A stretch of DNA of 64,000 nt, from positions 225,184,001-225,248,000 of the forward strand of contig OZ024740.1 in assembly GCA_964016885.1 (NCBI GenBank), in the 5' to 3' direction. The stretch's first letter is position 1. Every line of letters begins with the position of its first letter. The notes under the pieces were generated by a model. It had not been told where the DNA came from. It saw nothing but the letters and a program-made list of their open reading frames with translations, and did not search any database. This stretch comes from Eledone cirrhosa. Its lineage: Eukaryota. The translations under genes were made by a program, and so were the position numbers. Below, in pieces: positions 27,782 to 41,277 of this stretch.

Positions 27782-28330
27782 TCATTCCAAGTTGAAGTCA
27801 CTGTCTTGGATTGTTCTAACATTCCATGAACCAAAAGTTAAACCTTTTCTCTTCCTTTTGTTTTGACTGCATATTTGGATAACCAGACATCTGCAGTCAA
27901 AAGAATTGAGTAAGCATTTGTTTCGGGCTCCTTTTCTTGCCCCCTCCCTGTGCAGAGGCAGAGAAAGCGGTGCTATGTCTAAAAAGACCTGCTTTGTCAC
28001 CACCAGAAAACATGAACAGCACAAGTTCATATTTTGTGCACGAACAGCCATCACCTGATGAATGCCATTGAGTGGAGCTCCAGCTAAGGACTTTGAATAA
28101 TACCATTTACATGTCCTCATCACCTTTGCTTTCTCGCCAGTGGGCTTTATGCTAGTGAACTGGTAGAGCTGTTGAACTACCCACACAAAAGAATTGTTTA
28201 AATTGATGAAGGTTTGTGTAGAGCCAGCCACACCTTTTGGAAATGTTGGTAAAAGATTGATGCAGAAGATTGCCATGAACACAATGAACAACACACCTCA
28301 GGTATTGGAAGGCTGTTGACTCTCATGAGT
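27782..28330 (-). mobile_element. 5' end of a LINE (UTR plus start of APE endonuclease)
   Basis: KRKGLTFGSWNVRTI, a typical APE N-terminus. Confidence 0.65.
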
Positions 28331-31081
28331 TCTTCTGCCCCTTTAAGTGAGTTTTGTTTTTCATCACATAGGATGTCCGATGATCACCCTCCTCAAATAT
28401 AAACTTGGATCAGTACAAGGTCAATTATTGCATGAAAATTATTATAACCAGAAGTGTATTACTGATATATTTTATCAATCTGAAGGGGGTGGGGTATTAA
28501 TGATCCCAGTGGGACTTGAATTCAGTGTGTTGAAAGACACAATCTGTATTTGAACTGGCTCTCTGAGCTAGCAGACTGTATACCTCCTTAATTATAAAAA
28601 CATGTGTATCTTCTTTTATGATCTCTACTGTGTCAAACTTGTAAGCAAGCCACTATATGTTAACTCAATCTTCAAGGAATTACAATCATATTCTTCTTAA
28701 ATATTCATATCATCTTCAAAAGGGTAAAATTATATCAGATACAAAATACCAAGTAAGGAATGAAAATGTCATGACTGGAATATTCAAAGATGAAATTTTA
28801 ATACATAGGAAAGCCTTTTCCAACACATGCCAACACTGTTCTATGATAGATGCTAATTCTACACCCATAACAGGCTTTAATATCAGTTCAAAGGCTTGAT
28901 ACTTGCATAGTCATGAAAATCTTCACATAAAATCTTCAAACAAACTTTACAAACGCTCCAGAAAACATGCAGCTCGAGTAACAATGACAACAACATTGGC
29001 AAAGTAGTTTCCCCTCCCAACATCACAGGCTAGTTCCGAATTAATTTTAAAATACATAAACACATACAAAATTTAAATTAGTAAACACTACACAAACGAA
29101 TCTAATAATTTTACAATAAAACCTACTAATAGTATTTAAAAGACTGTCATGAATTTTAAATATCTTATCAGACACAGATTACTCATTATAAAAAATCAAA
29201 CATTTTAAAAACAATTATGAACCAATTAGAGAAAATGGAGTATATTGCAATGGCAGTTGTGGTCATACAACTTACACAATATCTTGCATTCAAAATAAAC
29301 ATAGAAAATTGCATTTGTAAACTGATATATGATAGTTCATTGAAAATGCAGGCTTTTCAAATAAAGAAAAACAATAGATGCAGACCAACTCTATAATAAA
29401 TGTATTAACTGTCAAACTCTAGATATAGTGCTTTTAAATAGAAAAAATACACTCTGTGATATTTGTTCCAACAAATTTGCATAAACTATCCCTTGTCACT
29501 TCCACCATCAGAACTGTAGGGAGCCAGTGATTGGCCTGTTGAACAACTGTTTACCAAATCTGAGAGAAAATAATATGAGAACGAATTACAAAACGTATTG
29601 TAAGATATCATAAAATTACTCAACAAAATAACACTTAAAACAATGTAATAAAGAAAATCAAAAGACTACAAAATATATTACATGTTTAGCTATAACGTAC
29701 TGCATGTCGAAATAAAGAATAAGTTCAGAATTTGCAGACATAACTTTATGCTTGAGGTGACATTACACACATTTATATTTGACATATATATGAGTGAAGG
29801 TGCATGGCTTAGTGGTTAGAACATTGGTTGTGAGTTTGTTTCTCGGATCGGGTGATGTGTTGTGTCCTTGAGCAAGACACTTTATTTCACGTTGATCCAA
29901 TTTACTCAGCTGTACAAATGAGTTGCGATCCTGCCAAATCAATGGGTGGCAGTAGTTCCAGCTGCCCACATCGAAAGACTGCTGTAGTGGTTCTGAGAAA
30001 AATCCGGCTTTGCAGATGATTAATGTAAATTAACAATGGAAAGGCGCTCCCGCTTGAGTTAGAAAAGAACTATTGACCTTCAGGAGATGCAGCGACCCCT
30101 GATTGTATTTAGCAGCCAAAACAAATATGAAGTACACGAAATCTAATGTTCCTAGGAGCGGCTCTGGTTCTTCTTATTTGCGAAGATTAAATTAGATATA
30201 TTTGAGATATTGTTTTTCTAAGCTCAACAAAGAAATTTACACTTGTATCACAAAGAATATTCCTGGAATTTATATTTCCAGTGATACCATTGAATATCTT
30301 TAAAAATCTTTCTAAAATGAAACATTTTACTCAAAATGTCAAGATGTTTGTTTCCACACAAACTTGACTAAATTTTTAAGCTTTTCAAACATTTTATAAC
30401 ATTTATCTGACAGAAAAGTTAGATAAAAGTCACCTATTTAGAATTAATGAAGTATACATCATTCTAGTATTATTTGCCTGGTACAATCTTAGTGTATTTA
30501 TTTAATTCTGTAATATCTCTGAAAATAGCACCTTGAGAAAGATATGAAAATGTAATGGCTAATGTTTCTCATAATCTACTTTTTCAGTTCCATAGTATCT
30601 AATTAAATTTAATATTTAGCATTATTTTATTACAACTTTACAAATATTGAAATGTTGTATGGAGGCAAAATGAAAATAGTCAGGCTTCAACACATCATTA
30701 TCAACAAAATGAATTCCTTCAGGCTTTACGGCTGATAGAATTGTATTTTTGAACTATAGCATAATTTTGATCAATTCGTTTGTGTATTGAAACTAAGTTT
30801 CATATAGAACTGAAACATGGTTTAAATATATTGAAAACTTGTTTAATATTGCATTGAAACTGAGTTTAATAGTGCTGAATAACTGATTGAATTATTTATG
30901 TTCTGTAGTAAAATAGCCAAGAATGAGTTCTGCCTTTGAGTCTATAAAATTCTGGGTCAATATAATTTCCTACAATCCTCTCTCAGAATTTAAAGCTTTG
31001 TGCCTATGTTACAAAATCAATATTTTATCAAAATGTTGTATAGATATAATATTGGAACTTGTATAATATTTTATTTAAACA

Positions 31082-31428
31082 TGGAGGCACATGGCTTAGT
31101 GGTTAGAGCATTGGCCTTGCAATCGAAAGGTTGTGAGTTCAATTCTCAGACCGGGTGATGTGTTGTTTCCTTGAGCAAGACACTTTATTTCACATTGCTC
31201 CAGTTTACTCAGCTGTAGAAATGAGATGATAGGGACTGGGGTCCATATCATTCCACTGCAAACTGGTCGTGGAGGTGCCATGGCAAAAAAGCACCCAGCA
31301 CTCACTGTAAATGAGGTTGATGTTAGGAAGGGCATCCAGCTGTAGAAATCAAGCCAAAATCAGTTCCCGTCCCACCCTGGCAAGCAGGGAAAAAGCGGAC
31401 GTAAAATGAAATGATGATGATGATGATT
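31082..31428 (+). mobile_element. tRNA-derived CORE-like SINE family B with RTE-derived tail
   Basis: TGGCTTAGTGG A-box, GAGTTCAATTC B-box, CORE-like TCCTTGAGCAAGACACTT..CAGTTTACTCAGCTGTAGAAATG, RTE 3' UTR and (TGA)n. Confidence 0.88.
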
Positions 31429-31649
31429 TTCATATTATAATGAACCATAATTTATTATTGTATTAAAATATAGTTTATTGTCATATTAAACTATAATTTA
31501 GTGTTGTATTGAACCATAGTTCAGTAGTGTATTGAACTGTATTATATTGAATCGTAATTAAGTATTGGTTTGAATCATAGTTTAGTATTATGTTGAATCT
31601 GAGTTTAGTATATTGAACTTTAGTTTATTATTATATGAAACTGTATTTA

Positions 31650-31838
31650 GGCGGTGGATTAGCAGTATCGGTAGAGGGTCGGACGCCATGCTTTCCAGCA
31701 TAGTTACGTCCCTTTGCGATCTGAGTTCAAATCCCACCGAGGTTGACTTTGCCTTTCATCCTTACGGGGTCGATAAAATAAAGTACCAGTAATGCACTGG
31801 GTAATTGCTGGCCTTGTGCCTAAAGTAGAAACAATTAT
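31650..31838 (+). mobile_element. SINE family A
   Basis: Full copy flanked by TTATATGAAACTGTATTTA direct repeats (TSD). Confidence 0.9.
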
Positions 31839-32387
31839 ATGAAACTGTATTTAAACCAAAGATCATAATATATTATGATAGGGGTCAGCAACAACAATGA
31901 CTGTTCAATTTATTATTCATGCTCTTCCACCCCCTCATCATCACCATCCCAATCATTTTTGTGCCTTTTTTAACCCCTGCTTTTCCATTTTAACATGGGA
32001 TGTACAGGCATTTTTTAGGTAGTGTTTTATGTATAAATGTGCTTCCTGATGCCAAACCATTTAGTTGCTACATATACGATACACCTATTCTAATACACAC
32101 AGTATATATACACTGATACCCACAGTATACACACACCTAGAAAGCTATCCTTATTCATCATCATCCTACAACTTCCATTGTTCCCTGTTAGCAAGGATTG
32201 GATGGTTTATCAGATGCTCTCATGTTATCTTTTTTTCATTCCTTAAAAGTTTGCTGAAAGTTCAATTAAGTTTGATATCATGAAAAGAGTGGGAATATAT
32301 TCTCTGTATTACCAACCCCTTCCTTGATTGACATTTATTTATATCTATTGTATACATATATATATATATATATATATATATGTATAG

Positions 32388-32712
32388 TAATAATAATAAA
32401 ATTGAAGACTAAAATCCAAAGAGGGCTCGATAAGGAAAATATATATCAAATATATAAGAACCGTAGAGCAAATATTTATTAAAATAACAGATTAAAGTTT
32501 AAGCAAACGTATTATTCGTTTTTTCCCGTTCTTTGCCAGCGAACGTTACCACGAACCAAAGTATCGTCTTCCTGTCTTCCTCCGGTTGCAACGTTTTTTT
32601 GAAATATCCAGTTCTGCGTTTACAGATTGACTTTGTTAGTTTCAGAAGATCCCGTTAAGGGTGAAAGCAGCGATTCTTTGCTTAAACTTTAATCTGTTAT
32701 TTTAATAAATAT
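32388..32712. mobile_element. Solo fold-back terminus of the Penelope at 4890-8300, with variant hammerhead at 32638-32688 (+)
   Basis: Matches 7385-7502 directly and 7467-7672 inverted. AGTTT-CAGAAGA-TCCCGTTAAGGGT-GAAA-GCA..TGC-TT|AAACT. Confidence 0.8.
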
Positions 32713-32847
32713 ATATATGTATATGTATGTACATATGTATGTATATATGTATATGTATTTATATATATATATATATATAGGCATATATATATATACATAT
32801 ATATGTCTATATAGTTATATATGTATATGTAATATATATGTATATAT

Positions 32848-33338
32848 ATGTGTGGAAGTCGGACCTTCGTAGAGACCTGAAAATCCGCCTCTTCATTGCT
32901 GTAGTGGAGTCTGTGCTGCTGTATGGGTCTGAGACTTGGACACTGACCAAGAGACTCACTCAGATGGTGGATGGGTGCTACACGAGAATGCTGAGGATGG
33001 CTCTGAACATTAATCAGTATACACTGAGGATGAAAAACTCAGAGCTGTATGGGAGCATCCCAAAAGTCAGCTCAAAAGTGACACAGAGAAGACTGAGGTT
33101 GGCTGGATATGCTCACCGACATCCAGAGTTGACATTGCACTCAGTGCTCCTTTGGGAGCCCCTACATGGACACACTAGAAGAGGAAGACCAAGGTTAACA
33201 TATGTTGATGCCCTAAGGACAGACACTGGTCTGTTGGAGATGCAGGATATAGCAGCGATAATGAGGGACAGAGACCGCTGGAGAGAACTCGTCCATGGAT
33301 CTCGGGAATTTTCCCCGCCTTAGATAGATAGATAGATA
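32848..33338 (+). mobile_element. 3' end of a distinct RTE-like LINE with (TAGA)n tail
   Basis: LKIRLF..VESVLLYGSETWTLT..RRLRLAGY..RRGRP..DRDRWR, uninterrupted frame. Confidence 0.88.
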
Positions 33339-33664
33339 TATGTATATATATATATGTGTATATATATATACATGTATATATCAGTGGCAAAGGGTAACCT
33401 GGAAAGCAGGGCATGCAGTCCAATTGCCATAGCGGAAAGTGGGGCTGTGCAGCCTTACCCCCCCCCCCCCCCCATTTCCTCTAAATGACCCTCCCGGTCA
33501 AAGCCACTTGTAGTGTTATCTAGTGTGTGTGTGTGTTTTCTTTTTATTTGTCTACTATTTAGCAAGCAGCCAAAATTCTGCTTGCTTCAACCGACACAAA
33601 TGATCAACTCAAGATTCTATAATGCATGCACGGACCCTTCGCCCATGGTATATATACATACACA

Positions 33665-33695
<31 letters not shown>

Positions 33696-33711
33696 CTATA
33701 TATATATATAT

Positions 33712-34043
33712 ATGGAGGCACATGGCTTAGTGGCCTTGCAATCGAAAGGCTGTGAGTTCAATTCTCAGACCGGGTGATGTGTTGTTTCCTTGAGCAAGAC
33801 ACTTTATTTCACATTGCTCCAGTTTACTCAGCTGTAGAAATGAGATGATAGGGACTGGGGTCCATATCATTCCACTGCAAACTGGTCGTGAAGGTGCCAT
33901 GGTAAAAAAGCACCCAGCACTCACTGTAAATGAGGTTGGTGTTAGGAAGGGCATCCAGCTGTAGAAATAAAGCCAGAATCAGTTCCCGTCCCACCCTTGC
34001 AAGCAGGGAAAAGCGGACGTAAAATGATGATGATGATGATGAT
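33712..34043 (+). mobile_element. SINE family B
   Basis: Nearly identical to 31082-31428, with a small deletion in the tRNA head. Confidence 0.88.
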
Positions 34044-34756
34044 ATATCAAATTACAAAATATGAGGAAATAATAACTGAAGTTTTGCCAATCGATGTGCA
34101 CCAATTTCTGCGCTTTAAAAGTGCATCATCGCTATAAGGTTGATACAGCTCATCCAGAAAAATGGACTGTTTCCTGACGCGTTTATAGCAAGTGAGAAAT
34201 TCTCAGAGGCAGAGGGAGAGATTAACACGTAATATAGTGGTAAAAAAAAGTTTTTTTTATTTTTTGTAGCAAGTGAGAATTTCTCGGGAGGTGATGAGAG
34301 AGATAAACACATGATACAGTGGTCACAGAAGGGTAGTAAGGTGGACAGTGAGTGAATAATGTATTGGCTAGAAAAAGCAGTTAATACACTCGTTGTTAAC
34401 TCGACCATAGGGGAGTTTGGGATATGTATATACGTGTATGTATGCACAGGTATATCTATATGTACTAATTCAAAGTATAACAACATACATAATATGTATG
34501 ATGAAAATGTTTCTCAGTAAAAAAAGGTCAGTGGACCTTTGTCCAGAGCATTAATAATTCAAATTGAAAAAGAAGAAAAATGTATATATCGATATATCTT
34601 TAGAGAAACAATAGTATTTTGTACATATTTATATATAAAAAGCATACATGTAGGGAACATTATATACTTTAAGGTGTATATGTATTTATATATATATATG
34701 TACATATGTATGTATATATATGTGTATGTATATGTATACATATGTGTAGGTGTATA

Positions 34757-34790
<34 letters not shown>

Positions 34791-34891
34791 TATGTGTGTA
34801 CATATGTATATATATATATGTGTGTATATATATATGTATGCATGTACGTGTGTATATATATATATATGTATGTGTGCATATATATATTTGC

Positions 34892-34921
<30 letters not shown>

Positions 34922-34923
<2 letters not shown>

Positions 34924-37912
34924 CATCATCATCATCATAATCATCACCATTTTACGTCCGTTCCTCCATGCTAGCATGGGTTAGACGGGTTCTCCTGTTG
35001 TGGGCAGTGTCTGGTCGGCTGACCATGTCTTGCTCATACAGGAACTGATTTTGGCTTGATTTCTACAGCTGGATGCCCTTCCTAACACCAACCTCATTTA
35101 GAGTGAGTGATGGGTGCTTTTTGGCCGTGGCACCTCCGAGACCACTTTGCAGTGGGAGGTTGTGGGGGCATATTGTCTATATGCTTCAGCTTGAACCCAT
35201 GAGAGGTCGGGTACTCTGTATTACTGCGTGACGCCAGAGGTCACGGTTGTGTGTCATCGCCTTTGAGAGGTGTAATTGGGTAAGGTCGTCTTTTATCACC
35301 TCATCCAAGGTCTTGTTGGGTCTCCTCACTCCGCGGTTTCCATTGACTTCTAGTGCTCTGCACCTTTTTATGTAGCTGTCATCCTTCATACGCATCACAT
35401 GTCCATACCAATGTAACCTCCTCTCCTGCACACAGCATTTGATTCCTCTTATGCTCAGTCTCTTTCGCAATTCATTTATACTTTGCCATTCGCGTATATT
35501 ACTATTACACATCCATCGGAGCATGCAGGCTTTGTTTCTTTCTAATCTATGCAAGTCTTCCACAGACAGCGCCCAGGTCTCACTACCATGTAACATTGCT
35601 GTTCGTATACACGCATCATACAGTCTGCCTTTCATTTTGTGGGAAAAGCCTTTTGCCGCTAGCAGTGGCAGTAGCTCCCTGAACTTCTTCCATCCCGTTC
35701 TTACCCTAGTTATTGTACTTCCTGAACACCCACCTCCGCTGCTAATTCGGTCACCTAGCTAGCAGAAGCAGTCTACTGTTTCTACAGAATCCTCCCAGAG
35801 ATTGGTTTTACTTGTTTCCTGTGGCAGTTTGCTGCTTGCTGTCCCAGCACAGCCGCTATATGTGAAGCCTACATTCTTAATTAAGCTTCCTGAGATCCTG
35901 CTAAATATCTTGTGTACCCATTGTTTGCATTTGGGGCAGAGAATGGAGTTCCTATCTACACCTTTCCTACATACTGAGCAAGGCCATTTCCCTGAGGGGA
36001 TCAGGGTTCTGTTTTCTAGTCTACCTACAAGGACCTTAGTCTTTGAGACCCTTTCTTTCTAGTCCCTGCTTCCAAGTTTGGAATTTATTCTCTAGTTCTA
36101 CCATAGATTCAGCTATAAGTGCGAGGTCATCAGCATACAGGAGTTCCCATGGGCATCCGGTCTTAAACTCCTCCGTTATTACCTGCAGGACTATGATGAA
36201 CAGGAGAGGGCTAAGAACAGAGCCCTGGTGGACACCAAACTGTACGCTAAATTCCTCGCTATACTCATTGCTAATCCTAACTTTGCTGACTGCTCACCTA
36301 TACATGGCTTGTACAGCTTTCACAAGCCATTCATCTACTCCTAGTTTTCTAAGAGCCCACCAGATTATAGCACGTAGAACTCTGTCAAAGACTTTCTCGA
36401 GATCAATGTGTACCAGGTATAGTGGCTTACTTTTAGCTAGGTACTTTTCCTGTAACTGCCTCACAAGGAAGAGGGCATCAGTGGTGCCTCTTCCTGGTAC
36501 AAACCCAAATTGCATCTCATCTAGTTTCACCCGGTTCCTAATCAACTTTGCTATAACTCTTTCTGTTACTTTCATGACCTGGTCCATCAGCTTTATACCT
36601 CTATAGTTTCCTCTATCTAGTGCATCACCTTTACCTTTGTAGCAGTTGACAATGATGCTACTGCACCAATCTTATGGTATGACACCTTCTAGTAGTACCT
36701 GGTTAACAATACGTGTAGTTATAGTGTGACCTACAGACCCAGATGCCGTCAGCATCTCGGCAGCTGTACCCGATGGACCGGTTGCCTTCCCCATCTTCAT
36801 ATCTTTGATTGCCTTACTTACTACGCTGCTGCTGACTTGTACTGCTGCCCCCTCTATAGGGTCTACTTGGGGTAGGGTCTCTTCTTCCCATGCATTCTCC
36901 TCATTTAGTAATCTATCATAATGGCTCTTCCATGCATCTTTCTTCTCAGCACTTGTGAGGGCAAGCTCACCTTTATCATTCTGGATACACTTCTCTCCAA
37001 TTACATCACAATTCTCTCTGACACACTGCCTCGCAATCTTGAACACCTACTGTTTCTGGTCCTCACGTTGCAAAACAAGTTTGAATTTTCTATCCTCTGC
37101 TTCCCTCCTAGCTAAGTAAACTTGTCGCCTAGCTTCCCTCTTGGTCCCTATGTAATATACCCTGCTTCCCCCGTTCTTCCAATGTTTCCATGCCTATCTC
37201 TTGGCCTTAACTGCCTCATCTACCTTATTGTTCCACTACCAAGTCACTCTCCTCCTGCTTGTGGTCTTACTCCAGCCACAGATCTCATCTCTCGCCTCTA
37301 GTAAGTTATTTTTTAGGAACTCCCACTGCTCTTCTACATTGAATGTCTCTATCTGTTCTTCTTTACTGTCGTAGGGGTTGAGTAAAATATCTTTAAATCT
37401 GTTACTGGGTGAGGGGTCTTTCAGCTTCCAGATCTTTCTTCCCCTGGTTGGCCTCTGTTTCCAGGTTTGTCTAGTTCTGACCATGAGGTCGCTGACATCT
37501 AAGCTATGTTGGGAGGTACATTCCTCACTAGGGAAAGCTTTTGTCTTTACGACCGTCCCTCTGTCACGTCCTCTGATGAGGATAAAATCTATCTGACAAG
37601 AATGCTCCCCTGATCTATAGGTGATCAGGTGGTTGTCAGGTTTTTTGAAGTTTGTGTTACATATCGACATGTCATTGGCTACGCATAATTCTAGAAGTCT
37701 GAATCCTTCTTTATTTCTTGTGCCAACCCCATGGCCTCCATGGACTCTATTGAAGCCGTCGCAATTTTTACCTACGTGTCCATTAAAATCTCCCTCAATG
37801 ATTAGGAAGTCATTGTCGTTTGTTAGAGTAGAAGTGTGCATTAGGGACTCATAAAACCTATCCTTAAGTTCGTCTGGCAACGCCGATTGGGGTGCGTAAG
37901 CTGATATTATTA
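34922..37912 (-). mobile_element. RTE LINE family 2, decayed, about 3 kb
   Basis: APE (GDFNGHVG, QIDFIL), RT (QFGFVPGRGTTDA), C-terminal MLHGSETW, long 3' UTR and (ATG)n tail. Confidence 0.95.
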
Positions 37913-37949
37913 TACATATATATTATTATATATATATATAAATATATAT

Positions 37950-38004
<55 letters not shown>

Positions 38005-38241
38005 GTATATATTATATATATACATATATTATATATACATATATGTATATATTATATATATACATATATTATATATACATATATTATATATATACATATA
38101 TATATATTTATGTATATATATATATGTATATATTATATATACATATATATATGTATGTATGTATGTATATATGTATATATGTATGTATATATGTATATAT
38201 ATATATATGTATATATGTATATATATATATATGTATATATG

Positions 38242-38270
<29 letters not shown>

Positions 38271-38272
<2 letters not shown>

Positions 38273-38710
38273 GAAGGTGCATGGCTTACTTAGAGCATTG
38301 GGCTTGCAATCGAAAGGTTGTGATTTCAATTTTCGGACTGGGTGATGTGTTGTTTCCTTGATCAAGACACTTTATTTCACATTGCTCCAGTTTATTCACC
38401 TGTAGAAATGAGATGATAGGAATGGGGTCCCTATCATTCCACTGCAAAGTGGTCGTGGAGGTGCCACGGCAAAAAAGCACTCAGCCCACACTCTAAAGTG
38501 GACGTGTAGGCGTCATGTAAAAAAAAGCACCCAGCACTCACTGTAAATGAAGTTGGTGTTAGGAAGGGCATCCAGCTTTAGAAATCAACCCAGAATCAGT
38601 TCCCGTATGAGCAAGACAAGGTCAGCCGGCCAGACACTGCCCACAACAGGACAACTTGTCTAAACCATGCTAGTGGGGATGAACGGACGTAAAACGGTGA
38701 TGATGATGAT
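38271..38710 (+). mobile_element. SINE family B with complete family-2 RTE tail
   Basis: tRNA head + CORE-like domain + 3' UTR matching 34922-35150 and 48602-48875. Confidence 0.85.
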
Positions 38711-39925
38711 ATATATATATATACACGTGTGTGTAAAAGAGTGGAAACACAAATTTATGTGATAAGAATGAATTACACAATGTCCTCTAAGATATAGTGA
38801 AATTACTGAACAAAATAACACAGAAATCAATGTATTATAGAAAATCAAAAGATTACCAGATATATTGGATATTTAGCTATACTGTACTGCTTTATGAAAT
38901 AAAGAATAATAATATGTTCAGAACATGCTGACACAATTTGACATCTGTTGGAAAAAAAAGTTGGAAAAATTTTGGATCTTATGACCTGAACCTATCTTGT
39001 TAAACACTATTTTAACAGGAAGTTAGCTGGCAACCCTGACAAAGCAATTTTATATATAAATGTTTAGCGTTCCAAATCTAAACTCTAACTGTAAATAACA
39101 GATAAACTGTAACAGACATCTCTGTAATTATTCCTGGCAAAGAAATTTGATAAATTCAATGTGGGCAGCACTCTTCTTGAACTTGGCAACTTTAGTAAAC
39201 AAAGAAATGTTTCAACAACAAAAATAGATGGCACTAAAAGTAGATTGGAAAACGAATATGATTGTGTCATTTGAAATGGCTATTTTCTTATTTATTCTTA
39301 TAATTGTGATGGAGCATTTAAGTTCAGTTTTAGTTAGATGAACACATCTAATTATATAGTTTGAGAAATTTACTTGATTTTTTTCCATTCTTTTGTTTCT
39401 GTAAAATATATACATAATGATTTGTAGATCTAAAGTGGTTGTCATGTTGTTGAATTGACTAGGGCAGGGAAGACAGTTCAGTTAATTCACCCAGCCAGGC
39501 AACCTCTTTAGTTCTGGGGCCACAATAAATTGCACACAGTACATTCTGTAAAGTGTTTGGCATGAAGAAGAATACCCAGCTATAGAAACCATACCAAAAG
39601 AAGAATGTGTATAAGATTTGACCCCAAAACATTTTGGAGGAAATAACTCCAATTTAATACTGATTTCTGTGAGGACATTCAGCTCTTGTGACCAGGAAAA
39701 AACAGATATTTGATGATGATGATGATTCATCTCAGAAAAATATCAATTTCTTTTTTTTTATTCGTTTTACTTTTCTTACATCTGCAATTACTTTGATCCC
39801 CATCATCGCCACCACCATTATACAAAGAAAAAATTTATGATATACATTTATTTAAATATATTTTAATAAAATCTAGAATTTTTCATGGGATGAGATTTGA
39901 ATGAATTTTAAACTATTATGTATTA

Positions 39926-40426
39926 CCATATATACTCGAAAATTAACTGAGGAACATGTGACCAAAAAATTGATGATAAAATGGGAGGTTGATTAGCTGC
40001 CTCAGATTATAAATGTTTTTTTTTCTTTGCAAGAAATTGTTCTTCTCGCTCCTCATAATTATGTATTGTCTTTACTTCTGGAAAACAAAATTTAGCTTAA
40101 GAAGAATGGAATGTAAAATAAGAAGATATAAAAAAATTGAAAAGGAAGGGAAAGGTAAGGGCTCTGGAGACAAAAAAGAATGGGAAGAGTGAGTGTAATT
40201 GGCCTCTGGGCCTAGTGCACGGATGCAAAAGCATCCCTGTGGACAATGCCCAGTGACACCTGCTGCAACAGCCACCCCACCTTGTGGGGCACCTTCCTCA
40301 GACAGGCTGCTGACAGAGGAGCTTAGCAGTACGGGATCCAAATACACCTGAGGTCTCAACAGCAGCTGTTTTGCCTATTTCCAAGACTTAGAATAGTGTG
40401 TTAGGCTTATATTCGAGTATATATGG
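39926..40426. mobile_element. Tc2/pogo-like non-autonomous DNA transposon
   Basis: Perfect 15-bp TIR CCATATATACTCGAA / TTCGAGTATATATGG, flanked by TA. Confidence 0.75.
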
Positions 40427-41277
40427 TAAATGTTAAAATATTTACAATAGATATATATTCATTATGTGGAAATTTGTTAAAAATAAAAGTAATAAATAAT
40501 TAAACAAAAAAAAAAAAATACAAATTCCAAATGCTTCACAAATGTAGATTTAGTAAAGTATGTTTCTATGAAAAACATCAGAAATATCAATCAGCCTGAA
40601 ATTCTCTTTTGTTAGAAAATATGACAATTTTAAAACCATTTGATACCATATTTTTCTGAAATACATCATCATTATTATTAAATCATCCTTAAAGGGAAGA
40701 CATGTGGCTTAGTAGTTAGGGAAAAGGATTCACAATCATGAGCTTGCGAATTTGATTTGCAGGCCGTGTGATGCATTATGTGCTTGAGCAAGACATTTTA
40801 TTTCATGCTGCTCCTTCTACCAGGAGTTACAATTAGTAAATAGTGTCAGCATTGGAAAGACAAATGGAAACATTGTTTGCTTGGTCTAATGAGTTCCATT
40901 CCACTCAGTAAACAAAAGAGATCTGAGAACTTGTAGATTGATACCTTCTTCCTATTCTTGTTACCATCTTTCTAATGAAAGTAATTTGAAATATTTTAAA
41001 GATAATCAAGAAATTGGAAGGCATTTTATAATATTGTGAAGTTTCTCATTATTAAGCTGTTGCTTAGGAGATAATTTAACAAAGGTTCTTATAAGTTTTT
41101 AGATAATTACAAATACTCTAAAATAAAGATCTTTGTATCCTAGAGGCATGGGCAGTTTTTGTGGTTTGGAATCAAAACAGCTAAATACATTTTTTAGATA
41201 TTTACAATTTCTCTTGGAATGACATATAATCATTTGAACTTATGTATTAAATATTTTAAATAAATGTAATATATATA

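Noticed and set aside
31082-31155. tRNA-like sequences
   Set aside because: They are SINE heads fused to CORE-like or Nin-like domains, with no complete cloverleaf
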